Part shown: positions 8,210 to 17,030 of the stretch, piece by piece
How the letters are laid out: the number at the start of each line of letters is the position of its first letter
Numbering within the stretch: position 1 is the first letter of the stretch
Assembly (NCBI GenBank): GCA_046726415.1
Contig: JBKPAK010000176.1
Coordinates: 1-23,202, forward strand
DNA length: 23,202 nucleotides
From: Candidatus Methylomirabilota bacterium
GTDB taxonomy: Bacteria; Methylomirabilota; Methylomirabilia; Rokubacteriales; CSP1-6
Direction: 5' to 3'
Translations under genes and position numbers: made by a program
Notes under the pieces: generated by a model
Database searches by the model: none
Told to the model about the DNA's origin: nothing
Seen by the model: the letters and a program-made list of their open reading frames with translations, nothing else

Positions 8210-9462
8210 GCTCGACCCGCCCCGACCGAGGCGGCCAGCGACGGAGTCACCGCGTCTCGGAGCCGTTCAGGCCACCAGTGATTCACCCAGCCCTCATCGT
8301 CCCAGGTGTCGCGCAGGTGCGGCAGGACCTCACCGGCGAAGAGGTCGATGTTCTGCAGAGTGAGTTCGTGCGGCATGGAGCCGATCTGCAAGAGGACCAT
8401 GAGGTTTCCCACGCGCAGACCCTGGATGACCTCTTCCTTGATCCGGTCCCTGACGGTGGCCGGGCTCCCGGCGATGACATACCCGCGCTCCACGAAATCG
8501 CGATAGCGGAGCTCCTTGGGATTCTCCGGACGGCGCACCGGATTGGCCACGCTCGCCACGAGGCTTCGGTAATCCTGGTTCCCCGGCGGGGAGAACCACG
8601 GGCCTGGGACATGCAGACACTTGTGGTAGAAGTACTCGACGTGCCGCGCATACTGTTCCTCGGCGCGCGCATCGGTCTCGGCCACCGCCACGAGCTGCAG
8701 GAACCCCGCGCGGTAGGGATTCGCTTCCTTCCCCTTCTCGGACACCACTCGCCAGTATCCCTCCATCATCGCCCTGGCCGATCGGGCGCCGGAATAGCTG
8801 AGGAAGCAGTAGCAGACGTCGTTGTCGGCGGCGAAGTCGAAGGTGCTGATGCTGCCCGAGCCCGGCACCCATACTGGAGGGTGCGGCGCTTGGATGGGGC
8901 GCGGCCACAGGTTCACGTTCGCCAGCTGATAATAGCGGCCATTCCACGCGAAGATCTCCCGGGCCTGCCAGGCCTTGAGGGTCAGGGCAAACGCCTCCCG
9001 ATAGCGCTCCCGATGCTCCATGGGTGTGATGCCATAGCAGAGGTTCACGTCCATGGGGCTGCCCAGCGGCAGGCCGGCCACCAGCCGCCCACCGCTGATG
9101 CAGTCCAGCATGGCGTACTCTTCGGCCACGCGAATGGGCGGATTGGAGGTAGGAAGGGTGGCCCCCATCTGGACGATGGCGACATTGGTGCCATTCGTGA
9201 GCTTGGCCAGGACGCTGCCCATCAGGTTGGGACTGGGCATGAACCCGTAGGCGTTCTGGTGGTGCTCATTGGTGCAGACGCCGTCGAACCCGCGGCGCGC
9301 CGCGTACAGCAACTCGTCCAGAGTCCAGTTGTAGTACTGCCCCACTCGACTGGCATCAGCCAGCTCCCACCACGGGGGCGTCACCCAGACCGATTGGTAG
9401 CGTTTTTCGAAATCCGCGGGGAGTTCCCGATGCGGCATCAGGTGAAACGCGCTGATCTTCAT
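8206..9462 (-). CDS. LLM-class (luciferase-like) flavin-dependent oxidoreductase
   Basis: GFDGVCTNEHH, PIRVAEEYAMLDCISGGRLVAG, WPRPIQAPHPPVWVPG and IAGSPATV motifs; start re-called to ATG 9462. Confidence 0.92.
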   Translation of the reverse strand: MKISAFHLMPHRELPADFEKRYQSVWVTPPWWELADASRVGQYYNWTLDELLYAARRGFDGVCTNEHHQNAYGFMPSPNLMGSVLAKLTNGTNVAIVQMGATLPTSNPPIRVAEEYAMLDCISGGRLVAGLPLGSPMDVNLCYGITPMEHRERYREAFALTLKAWQAREIFAWNGRYYQLANVNLWPRPIQAPHPPVWVPGSGSISTFDFAADNDVCYCFLSYSGARSARAMMEGYWRVVSEKGKEANPYRAGFLQLVAVAETDARAEEQYARHVEYFYHKCLHVPGPWFSPPGNQDYRSLVASVANPVRRPENPKELRYRDFVERGYVIAGSPATVRDRIKEEVIQGLRVGNLMVLLQIGSMPHELTLQNIDLFAGEVLPHLRDTWDDEGWVNHWWPERLRDAVTPSLAASVGAGRA

Positions 9463-9575
9463 GGAAGTTGCCTCTCTCGACCCCTCAGGGCCGGTCCGGG
9501 CCACGCGGCTCGGCCTCGTCGTCGCGAAGGATCAGGTCGCGTTCCTCGGGAGGGCGATGCCCGAGGCGGCGCGGT

Positions 9576-9644
9576 GTTCGCATTTCAGAATAGCGTTCCG
9601 TATTTGGTCCCGACCACTATACCGAAGCCCGCGCTCCCTGTCAC
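9576..9644 (-). promoter_or_regulatory. sigma70 promoter with downstream tandem operator-like sites for the LLM-hydrolase operon
   Basis: GTGACA (9639-9644)-N17-TATAGT (9616-9621); downstream GTTCGCATTTCAGAAT (9576-9591) and GTTCCGTATTTGGTCC (9595-9610). Confidence 0.6.
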
Positions 9645-9679
9645 GCGTGGGCTGCGCATGAACGAGCGCTCGACACCGA

Positions 9680-10210
9680 CTACGTCCGGCCTGATCCGAC
9701 GAGATTGCCCTTCTTATCAAGGGACAGACCCGTCGCCTTGGCCTGCTCCAGGACCTTCGGCGACCAGACCACGCGCCCCGCGTCCGTCCCGCCGAGGACC
9801 GCCATGAGGTACGCGTCATCCGGGCCGGCGTTGCGGAAGCCGCGCATCACCCCGGGAGGCACCGAGATCGTGTCCCACGGCTCGAGCACGATCTCCTGTT
9901 CGCCTTCATTACCCCAGTACACCGCCCACCGCCCGGAGAGCGCGATGAACACCTCGACCGTCGGGTGCGCGTGGAGCGCCGCACCCTTGCCCGGACCAGC
10001 CTGGACCAGGGCGAGGTTGAAATCCTTGGCGTCGGTGATCGCTGGGTTCAGGGACGCATCCTCCGTGACGCCGTGCCCGATCACGTTGAAGATCTTGCGC
10101 TCGTGGCAGGGGATCAGGGCGTCGACGAATGCCTGGCTGCTCGACTTGAGCTCCTTGAATCGGGCCACGCGCTTCTGCATGTCGGCCATCGAAACCTGAC
10201 GCGTCTTCAT
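9680..10210 (-). CDS. Cupin domain protein
   Basis: GAALHAHPTVEVFIALSGRW (HxH...E) and WDTISVPPGVMRGFRN cupin motifs; GAGGAGG RBS. Confidence 0.88.
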   Translation of the reverse strand: MKTRQVSMADMQKRVARFKELKSSSQAFVDALIPCHERKIFNVIGHGVTEDASLNPAITDAKDFNLALVQAGPGKGAALHAHPTVEVFIALSGRWAVYWGNEGEQEIVLEPWDTISVPPGVMRGFRNAGPDDAYLMAVLGGTDAGRVVWSPKVLEQAKATGLSLDKKGNLVGSGRT

Positions 10211-10250
10211 GTCTTCCTCCTCGAGCGAGCGATCGCGCGCCCGTCCAGTG

Positions 10251-10289
10251 AGATGGGGGCCCCGAAACGGCCCCCCACCACCACGCTCG
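10251..10289. repeat. Intergenic hairpin repeat, copy 2
   Basis: AGATGGGGGCCCCGAAACGGCCCCCCA...CGCTCG resembles the reverse complement of 2830-2872. Confidence 0.65.
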
Positions 10290-10419
10290 AATCATCCCGC
10301 ACCGGCGCGGCCATTGTACTCAACCCGCCGCGCCTCTTGGCATTCCCCCCAAGCTGTGATACCAGTGCTCGCGCTCCAGTCTCGCTCTCAGCGATCAGCC
10401 CGACAAGGGAGGACAGGCG

Positions 10420-11688
10420 ATGACGCGGAACCCTATCTGTAGTCGCGCGGTGGTGGTGATCGCTCTCCTGGTCGCTCTCTCATCGTTGGCCAGCGCCGGC
10501 CCCGTCGGCGCCGCCGACCCGATCAAGATCGGCTTCGGCATGGGACTCACGGGAGGCCTCGCCGCGCAAGGCAAAGCCGCGCTCCTGTCCATGCAGCTCT
10601 GGAAAGAGGACGTCAACAAGAAGGGCGGGCTCCTCGGTCGGCCGGTGGAGCTCGTGTACTACGACGATCAGTCCAAACCAGCAAGCGTGCCCGGGATCTA
10701 CGCGAAGTTGCTCGACGTCGACAAGGTCCATTTCGTGGTGTCCGGGTATGGCACCAACCTGATCGCGCCAGCCATGCCTTTGGTGATCGAGCGCAAGCTT
10801 GTTTTCCCGGCCCTCTTCGGGCTCGCCAACAATGAGAAGTTCAACTACCCGGGCTACTTCCAGATCATGCCGGCCGGGCCGCGCCCCGCGCTCGACTGGA
10901 CCGGCACGTTCTACGAGGTTGCCGCCAAGCAGACCCCGAAGCCCCAGACGGTGGCCATCGTCGGCGCGGACGCCGAGTACCCGCACAACGCGATGGCCGG
11001 CGCCCGGGAGAACATCAAGCGGCTGGGATTCAAGGTCGTCTACGACAGTACGTATCCCCCGACCACCGTCGATTTCACGCCGATCGTCCGGGCCATCAAG
11101 GCGCTCGACCCCGACATCGTCGCGGTGTACTCATACCCGCCGGATACCGCCGGGATGATCCTCGCCGTGCACGAAGTGGGCCTCAAGCCAAAGATGTTGG
11201 GGGCGGGAATGGTCGGCACTCAATTCGCTTCGTTGCTGACCAAGCTCGGTCCGAAGCTCAACGGCATCGTCAACTTCGACTTCTGGGTCCCCGAGCCGAC
11301 GCTCAAGTTCCCGGGGATCGACGACTTCCTGAAGCGCTACCAGGCGCAAGCCGTGAAGGAGGGGGTGGATCCGCTCGGGCACTACCTGCCGCCGTGGGCG
11401 TACGCTTACGTGCAGGTGCTGGGCCAGGCGGTCGAAGCGACCAAGAGCCTCGACCAGCAGAAGGTCGCCGAGCACATCCGCAAAGCGGAGTTCGACACGA
11501 TCATCGGCAAGGCCAAGTTCGGGGCCAACGGCGAGTGGATCCATTCGCGCGTACTGCAGGTTCAGTACCAGGGCATCGAGACGACCGACGTCGAGCAGTT
11601 CAAGCATCCCGGGAAGCGCGTGGTGCTGTACCCGGAGCAGTTCAAATCCGGCAATCTGATCTATCCGTACGCGAAGGCACTGAAGTAG
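10420..11688 (+). CDS. ABC transporter substrate-binding protein (LivK/HAAT family, aromatic-compound type)
   Basis: Signal peptide, PIKIG, GGLLGRPVELVYYDDQS and DFTPIVRAIK motifs; GGGAGGA RBS. Confidence 0.93.
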   Translation: MTRNPICSRAVVVIALLVALSSLASAGPVGAADPIKIGFGMGLTGGLAAQGKAALLSMQLWKEDVNKKGGLLGRPVELVYYDDQSKPASVPGIYAKLLDVDKVHFVVSGYGTNLIAPAMPLVIERKLVFPALFGLANNEKFNYPGYFQIMPAGPRPALDWTGTFYEVAAKQTPKPQTVAIVGADAEYPHNAMAGARENIKRLGFKVVYDSTYPPTTVDFTPIVRAIKALDPDIVAVYSYPPDTAGMILAVHEVGLKPKMLGAGMVGTQFASLLTKLGPKLNGIVNFDFWVPEPTLKFPGIDDFLKRYQAQAVKEGVDPLGHYLPPWAYAYVQVLGQAVEATKSLDQQKVAEHIRKAEFDTIIGKAKFGANGEWIHSRVLQVQYQGIETTDVEQFKHPGKRVVLYPEQFKSGNLIYPYAKALK

Positions 11689-11705
11689 CCCGCGTGCGAT
11701 GCCTC

Positions 11706-11728
11706 GGAGGGGGGCTCTGCCCCCCTCC
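11706..11728 (+). repeat. GC-rich stem-loop between the SBP and permease genes
   Basis: GGAG(G)nC-TCT-G(C)nTCC inverted repeat of about 10 bp just after the SBP stop codon, with no poly-U tail. Confidence 0.65.
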
Positions 11729-11800
11729 TGAACCTCCCTCCCTCGGCGTCGCCGGCCTCGCCGACGCGTGCAGGAGTGAACCTCACCCGAGGCGACTTTA

Positions 11801-12673
11801 ATGGTCTCGCTCGATCTTCTCCTGAATGCCCTCGTCGCCGGCATCCTGCTGGGCGGGTTCTACGCCGCCGTGAGCCTCGGCATCTCCATCGCGTTCGGGC
11901 TGCTCGACATCGTCAACATCGCGCATCCCGTCTTCGTGATCCTCGGCTCGTACGTGGTCTACATCATGAACGTGCGCTTCGGGTTCGATCCGATCCTGAC
12001 CGGCGTGCTCTTCACGCCCGTTTTCTACGCGCTCGGCGTCGTCCTCTACCGCGTCTACTACGCGAGCTTCGAGCGCCAGGGCGCGGAATCGCTGCGCGGG
12101 CTCGTGTTCTTCTTCGGCGTGCTCTTCATCGTCGAGGTCTCGTTGCTACTCGCCTTTGGCGTGGACTACCGGCTGGTCGAGGCCCGCTACATCGGAGAGT
12201 CGCTCCACGTTGGGCCGGTCGGGATCGCCTTCAGGTTGCTCGTGCCGTGCGCGGTCGGCGTCGCCCTGACCGGCGCGCTCTCCTTGTTCCTCTCACGGAC
12301 GTTCTACGGCCGCGCCATCCAGGCGGTGGCGCAGGATACCTTCGCGCTCCGGCTGATGGGCGCCAACCCGTTCAAGGTGAAAGACGTCGCCTTCGGGGTC
12401 GCCATCGCCACCGCTTCGCTCGCGGGGGCCCTCCTGATCATGATCGGCCCGGTCGAGCCCGCGATGAATCGCGAATACATCGGACGTGTCTTCGCCGTCG
12501 CGGTCCTGGGCGGGATGGGCAGCATCGGCGGCACTCTCGTCGCCGCGCTGATCCTCGGGGTGGCCGAGAGCTTGACCTCCACGTTCTCGGGGCCGTCGTG
12601 GTCCGTGGCCGTCTCGTTCGGGGTGCTCCTGCTCGCGCTGGCCGTGCGGCCGGCTGGCCTGTTCGGGCGATAG
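11801..12673 (+). CDS. HAAT ABC transporter permease (LivH-like)
   Basis: LGISIAFGLLDIVNIAH, RTFYGRAIQAVAQD, LGGMGS and RPAGLFG motifs; highly hydrophobic. Confidence 0.93.
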   Translation: MVSLDLLLNALVAGILLGGFYAAVSLGISIAFGLLDIVNIAHPVFVILGSYVVYIMNVRFGFDPILTGVLFTPVFYALGVVLYRVYYASFERQGAESLRGLVFFFGVLFIVEVSLLLAFGVDYRLVEARYIGESLHVGPVGIAFRLLVPCAVGVALTGALSLFLSRTFYGRAIQAVAQDTFALRLMGANPFKVKDVAFGVAIATASLAGALLIMIGPVEPAMNREYIGRVFAVAVLGGMGSIGGTLVAALILGVAESLTSTFSGPSWSVAVSFGVLLLALAVRPAGLFGR

Positions 12674-12675
12674 AC

Positions 12676-13620
12676 GTGCCCGGACGCGCGTTTGCGCTCG
12701 TCGCCGTCGCGGTGGTCGCCGCGGGCGTGCTCACCGCCAAGCTCGGCTTCAACCAGTACTACTACTTCGCGGCCTATGTCGTCCTCCAATACATCGTGCT
12801 GGCCACCGCGTGGAACATCCTCGGCGGCTACACGGGCTACGTGAACTTCGGCACCCCGGCCTTCTTCGCCCTCGGGGCGTACACCGCGGTCGTGCTGATC
12901 AAAGCGGTGAAGGCGCCGTTGCTGGCCCAGCTCGTGGCCGGCGCCGTCGTCTCGGGCGTGCTCGGCCTCGCCATCGGCTATCTGACGCTCAGGCTGCGCG
13001 GCGTCTACTTCTCGATCGCCACTCTCGCCCTGGCCGTCGTGCTGCAAACGATATTCGTCAACTGGGAATACACCGGCGGGGCGCGGGGCTTCACGGTCGC
13101 GCGCCCGGCCACCGCGCCCCTGGTCGGGAACTACGTGCAGTTCCTCTTCGTCGTGATGCTCGCGCTGGCGGTGGTGGCCGTGGCCACCGCGCGGTGGATC
13201 GAGCGCTCCTGGATCGGGCGCGGGCTGGCGGCTATCCGCGACAACGAGGAGGCCGCCGAGTGCATGGGGGTCCCGACGCTTCGGCTGAAGCTGCTGGCGA
13301 CGACGGTGAGCGGCATGTTCATGGGCCTGGCCGGCGCGCCCTTCCCGTATTACGTCACGTTCGTCGAGCCCACCTCCGTGTTCGACCTGAACTACGCGGT
13401 GAACAGCCTGGCCATGCCGATGATCGGGGGCAGCACGACGTGGATGGGGCCCGTCATCGGCGCGGTCCTGCTCGGCACCGCGCAGCAGGTGGCGACGGTG
13501 ACGATCTCCTCAGCGCTGAACCTCCTGCTCGTCGGGGTCATCCTGGTGGCCTTCGTGATCCTGGCGCCCGAAGGCATCGTGGGGCTCGTCCGGCGGCTCG
13601 CCCGGCGGAGCCACGCGTGA
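12676..13620 (+). CDS. HAAT ABC transporter permease (LivM-like)
   Basis: WNILGGYTGYVNFG, LRLRGVYFSIATLA, AIRDNEEAAECMGV and PEGIVG motifs; GTG start at 12676 inside the 11776..13620 ORF. Confidence 0.92.
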   Translation: MPGRAFALVAVAVVAAGVLTAKLGFNQYYYFAAYVVLQYIVLATAWNILGGYTGYVNFGTPAFFALGAYTAVVLIKAVKAPLLAQLVAGAVVSGVLGLAIGYLTLRLRGVYFSIATLALAVVLQTIFVNWEYTGGARGFTVARPATAPLVGNYVQFLFVVMLALAVVAVATARWIERSWIGRGLAAIRDNEEAAECMGVPTLRLKLLATTVSGMFMGLAGAPFPYYVTFVEPTSVFDLNYAVNSLAMPMIGGSTTWMGPVIGAVLLGTAQQVATVTISSALNLLLVGVILVAFVILAPEGIVGLVRRLARRSHA

Positions 13621-14339
13621 GCGCGGACGCCTTCCTGGACGTCCGCGAGGTGACCAAGCGCTTCGGGGGCTTCCAGGCGCTCAGCGCGGTGCGCCTCCGC
13701 ATCCGGCAAGGCGAGCGCTTCGGCCTCATCGGTCCCAACGGCTCGGGCAAGACGACGCTGATCAACTGCATCAGCGGAACGCTCCGCACCGATGGCGGAC
13801 GCATCCTCTTCGAAGACCAGGACATCACGGCGCTTCCGGCGTACCGGAGGACACGCCTGGGGATCGCTCGCAGCTTCCAGATCCCCAAGCCCTTCACCAG
13901 CATGACGGTGCTCGACAACCTCCGCATCCCCATCGAATACGCCAGGCAAGGCCACCACGACGGCGTGGTCGACGAGGCGATGGCCATCCTCAAGCAGGTC
14001 GGGCTGGCGGCGAAGGCCCGCGTGCCGTCCGCGGCGCTCACGCAGATCGAGATGCGGAAGCTGGAACTGGCGCGGGCCATGGCCGCCCGCCCGAAGCTGT
14101 TGGTCTCAGACGAGGCGATGGCTGGGCTGTCGAGCGCCGAGGTCGACGACATCCTCGCCATCCTCTTTCAGCTCAACGAGCGCGGGATCACGATCATCAT
14201 GATCGAGCACATCATGCGCGCGGTAATGCGGTTCTCGGAGCGCATCGCGGTACTGGACGCCGGCGAGAAGATCGCCGAAGGGCGGCCCGAGGAGATCCTG
14301 GCCAACGAGCGCGTCGAGCGAGCGTACCTTGGCGAATAG
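13617..14339 (+). CDS. ABC ATP-binding protein (LivG-like)
   Basis: GPNGSGKTT, GIARSFQ, LELARAM, SDEAMAGL and IEHIM motifs; GTGA overlap with livM. Confidence 0.93.
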   Translation: MSADAFLDVREVTKRFGGFQALSAVRLRIRQGERFGLIGPNGSGKTTLINCISGTLRTDGGRILFEDQDITALPAYRRTRLGIARSFQIPKPFTSMTVLDNLRIPIEYARQGHHDGVVDEAMAILKQVGLAAKARVPSAALTQIEMRKLELARAMAARPKLLVSDEAMAGLSSAEVDDILAILFQLNERGITIIMIEHIMRAVMRFSERIAVLDAGEKIAEGRPEEILANERVERAYLGE

Positions 14340-14359
14340 GAGCGCAGGGGAAGGTCGGG

Positions 14360-15088
14360 GTGGCCACTAGGCTCGTGCTCCGCGGCGTGGAGGCGGGCTA
14401 CGGCGCCGTGCGCGTGCTCCACGGCGTATCCCTCGAGGTCAACGAGGCCGAGACCGTCTGTCTGCTCGGCACCAACGGCAACGGCAAGAGCACCCTCATC
14501 AAGTGCGTCATGGGTATCGTGCGGCCGGAGAGCGGCGAGATCTTTCTCGAGCGGGACGGTCAGCGGATCGACCTGATCGGCCGGTCACCAGAGGAGATCG
14601 TCAACCTGGGCGTCACCCTCGTGCCCGAGGGACGCCGTCTCTTCCCGAAGCTCACGGTAGAGGAGAACTTGCTCCTCGGCGCCTTCCGCCCCGCCGCCCG
14701 CCAGGACATCGGTCGGAACCTCGCCTTCTGTTTCGAGACGTTCCCGCTGCTGCAGAGCCGCCGGAAGCAGCTCGCGGCCAGCATGAGCGGCGGCGAGCAA
14801 CAGATGCTCGCCATCGGTCGCGCCCTCATGGCCGCCCCGGCCATCCTCCTGGTCGACGAGCCCTCGGTCGGGCTGGCGCCGGTGCTGGTGAGCCGCGTGA
14901 TCGCCAAGATTCGCGAGCTCAAGGAGCGGTACCACCTCACCGTCCTCATGGCCGAGCAGAACTTCAATCAGGCTATCAAGATCGCCGATCGCGGTTACGT
15001 CATCGTGCACGGGCAGATCGCCTTCGAGGGCCGGACGGAGAACCTGAGCGAACACGAACTCGTGAAGAAGTACTATCTCGGCGTGTAA
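14360..15088 (+). CDS. ABC ATP-binding protein (LivF-like)
   Basis: GTNGNGKST, VPEGRRLF, MSGGEQQML, DEPSVGLAP and EQN motifs. Confidence 0.94.
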   Translation: MATRLVLRGVEAGYGAVRVLHGVSLEVNEAETVCLLGTNGNGKSTLIKCVMGIVRPESGEIFLERDGQRIDLIGRSPEEIVNLGVTLVPEGRRLFPKLTVEENLLLGAFRPAARQDIGRNLAFCFETFPLLQSRRKQLAASMSGGEQQMLAIGRALMAAPAILLVDEPSVGLAPVLVSRVIAKIRELKERYHLTVLMAEQNFNQAIKIADRGYVIVHGQIAFEGRTENLSEHELVKKYYLGV

Positions 15089-15111
15089 GCTACCAGAAGG
15101 GGGACGGTGCC

Positions 15112-15972
15112 ATGCCCGATTTCACCGAGAAGACCCTGACCGACGAAGTGCTCCGCAAGCTCGAGGCGACCGCTGACCCGCGACTCCGCCGCATCATGCA
15201 GGGTCTCACCCGGCACCTACACGACTTCGTCCGCGAGGTGCGATTGACCGAGGACGAATGGTTCAGGGCGATCCGGTTTCTCACCGAGACCGGGAAGAAG
15301 TGCGACGACGCCCGCCAGGAGTTCATCCTGCTCTCCGACACGTTGGGCGTCTCGATGCTCGTCGACGCCATCCACCACCCGAAGCCCGAGGGCGCCACGG
15401 AGACGACGGTGATGGGGCCCTTCTACCGCGGTGGCGCTCCCGAGCGTTCCCTCGGCGAGAACATCGCTCACGACACGCCTGGCGATCCCACCTTCGTCAG
15501 CGGCCGCGTCGTCGATCCCCATGGGAAGCCGGTTCCGGGCGCTGTCGTCGACGTGTGGCAGGCTGCGCCCAATGGACTCTACGAGGGACAGGATCCGGAG
15601 ATGCCGGCGTTCAATATGCGGGGCAAGTTCCGCACCGATGCGGCGGGCCGCTACCACTTCCGGACCGCGAAACCGGCGAGCTACCCGATCCCGATGGACG
15701 GCCCCGTGGGCGACTTGATGCGGGCGGTTGGGCGCCAACCCTACCGGCCGGCCCACATCCATGCCATCGTCTCTGCTCCGGGCTACGCGACCCTGACCAC
15801 GCATTTCTTCGTGCAGAACGACCCGTTCATCGACGCGGACCCCGTGTTTGCCGCGAAGAGCTCACTGATTGTCCCCTTCGTCCGTCACGACGACCTCGCC
15901 GAGGCCGTCGCCCGGAAGACCACTACGCCGTTCTACACGGTGGATTTCGACTTCGGTCTGACGCCCAGGTGA
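15112..15972 (+). CDS. Intradiol ring-cleavage dioxygenase (hydroxyquinol/catechol 1,2-dioxygenase type)
   Basis: RQEFILLSDTLGVSMLVD N-terminal domain, GPFY, NGLY, YPIPMDGPVG and RPAHIH (Tyr/Tyr/His/His iron ligands); ATG 15112 after AAGGGGG. Confidence 0.92.
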   Translation: MPDFTEKTLTDEVLRKLEATADPRLRRIMQGLTRHLHDFVREVRLTEDEWFRAIRFLTETGKKCDDARQEFILLSDTLGVSMLVDAIHHPKPEGATETTVMGPFYRGGAPERSLGENIAHDTPGDPTFVSGRVVDPHGKPVPGAVVDVWQAAPNGLYEGQDPEMPAFNMRGKFRTDAAGRYHFRTAKPASYPIPMDGPVGDLMRAVGRQPYRPAHIHAIVSAPGYATLTTHFFVQNDPFIDADPVFAAKSSLIVPFVRHDDLAEAVARKTTTPFYTVDFDFGLTPR

Positions 15973-16000
15973 GCGCCGCGCGCGCCGTCGCCAAAATCCG

Positions 16001-16025
16001 AGCGCCATTTCGGGTCCCCCCACAT
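16001..16025. repeat. Degenerate copy 3 of the intergenic hairpin repeat
   Basis: Reverse complement ATGTGGGGGACCCGAAATGGGCGCT matches the left arm and loop of copy 2; the right arm is missing. Confidence 0.5.
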
Positions 16026-16981
16026 TACTTGATGGCCTGAGGGTTGATCGGCGACCCGGTGCCGCGCGCGATCACCAGTGGCGGCGCGCAGAAAAAGAAC
16101 TCGTACACGCGGTCGGCCGCGCAGTCCTCCGCGAGCTCCTTCAGATAGAATATCTCGCCGTGCACGATCCCGATCGCCGGGATCGTGACCCAGTGCCACG
16201 GCTGGAAGACGTCCGGCCCCGTGTCATTCGGCCGGACCTCGATTCCCCACGTATCACTGCAGATCGCCGCGATCTGCCGCGCATGGATCCAGTCGACGGT
16301 CTCGAAGGCCAAGCCCGGGGCAGGGCCGCCCGCATACCCCCCCCATTCGCCCTTTTCGAGGCGGTCCTCCATCTGTCCTGTTCTGACGATCACGAAGTCG
16401 GCTCGGCGCACCTCGACGCTCTCGGATCGGGCCGCCGCCTCTAGGTCGGCGATGGTGATCCCGTAGCCGTCGGGCAGGCACGCCACGCCCTTGTCGCGCG
16501 CCACGTCGAGGAGCACCCCTCGGCCCACCATCTTATTGGAGAACTTCTCGATGCCATTCCGGTGCGCACCGCGGCTGTCGACGAGCGTGGCGGGGTAGCC
16601 GTTCCACATCCGGTCGCCGAGAAACACGTGCGAGAGCGCATCCCACTGTGTGGCGGCTTGGGTCGGCAGGTTGATCGCGTCGTCCGCATAGCGGAGGCCC
16701 GGCGTCACGTCGTGCTTGCCGGCCACCGCGTCGGTACCGGTGGCCAGCATCTGGTGGATGGGGTTCCAGCGCCCACCGAAGAGGCCGCGCTGCGGCCCGT
16801 TCTCGTCGAGGTTGAGACCGAGCCGGAAGACCTTCCCTTTTCGCACCAGCCGCGCGGCGTTGACGATGTCCTCGGGAGTCACGTAGTTGAGGACGCCGAG
16901 TTCGTCGTCCGGGCCCCACTTGCCCCAGTTCTTCAGCGCCTCAGCCTTCTTGAGCACGTCGTCCTTCGTCAGCTTTGGCAT
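16025..16981 (-). CDS. Cyclase family (kynurenine formamidase-like) metal-dependent hydrolase
   Basis: NWGKWGPDDELGVLN, TQAATQWDALSH, GRGVLLDVA, IVRTG and GTGSPINPQAI motifs. Confidence 0.9.
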   Translation of the reverse strand: MPKLTKDDVLKKAEALKNWGKWGPDDELGVLNYVTPEDIVNAARLVRKGKVFRLGLNLDENGPQRGLFGGRWNPIHQMLATGTDAVAGKHDVTPGLRYADDAINLPTQAATQWDALSHVFLGDRMWNGYPATLVDSRGAHRNGIEKFSNKMVGRGVLLDVARDKGVACLPDGYGITIADLEAAARSESVEVRRADFVIVRTGQMEDRLEKGEWGGYAGGPAPGLAFETVDWIHARQIAAICSDTWGIEVRPNDTGPDVFQPWHWVTIPAIGIVHGEIFYLKELAEDCAADRVYEFFFCAPPLVIARGTGSPINPQAIK

Positions 16982-17030
16982 GATCCCCTCCACGTCATCG
17001 GTGCCTGGGCAGGCGGCGTCGCGCGCGGTC

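Noticed and set aside
4879-9807. Long antisense ORFs (4879..6264 and 8197..9807; similarly 21836..22906)
   Set aside because: Shadow frames of well-supported genes with no recognisable motifs.
10336-10356. TGGCA as a possible sigma54 -24 element upstream of the SBP gene
   Set aside because: The expected TTGC -12 element is absent at the required spacing.
11776-15972. Long ORFs 11776..13620, 12810..14339 and 14503..15972
   Set aside because: These are off-frame upstream extensions of livM, livG and the dioxygenase caused by stop-codon scarcity at high GC; true starts are identifiable and no frameshift is needed.
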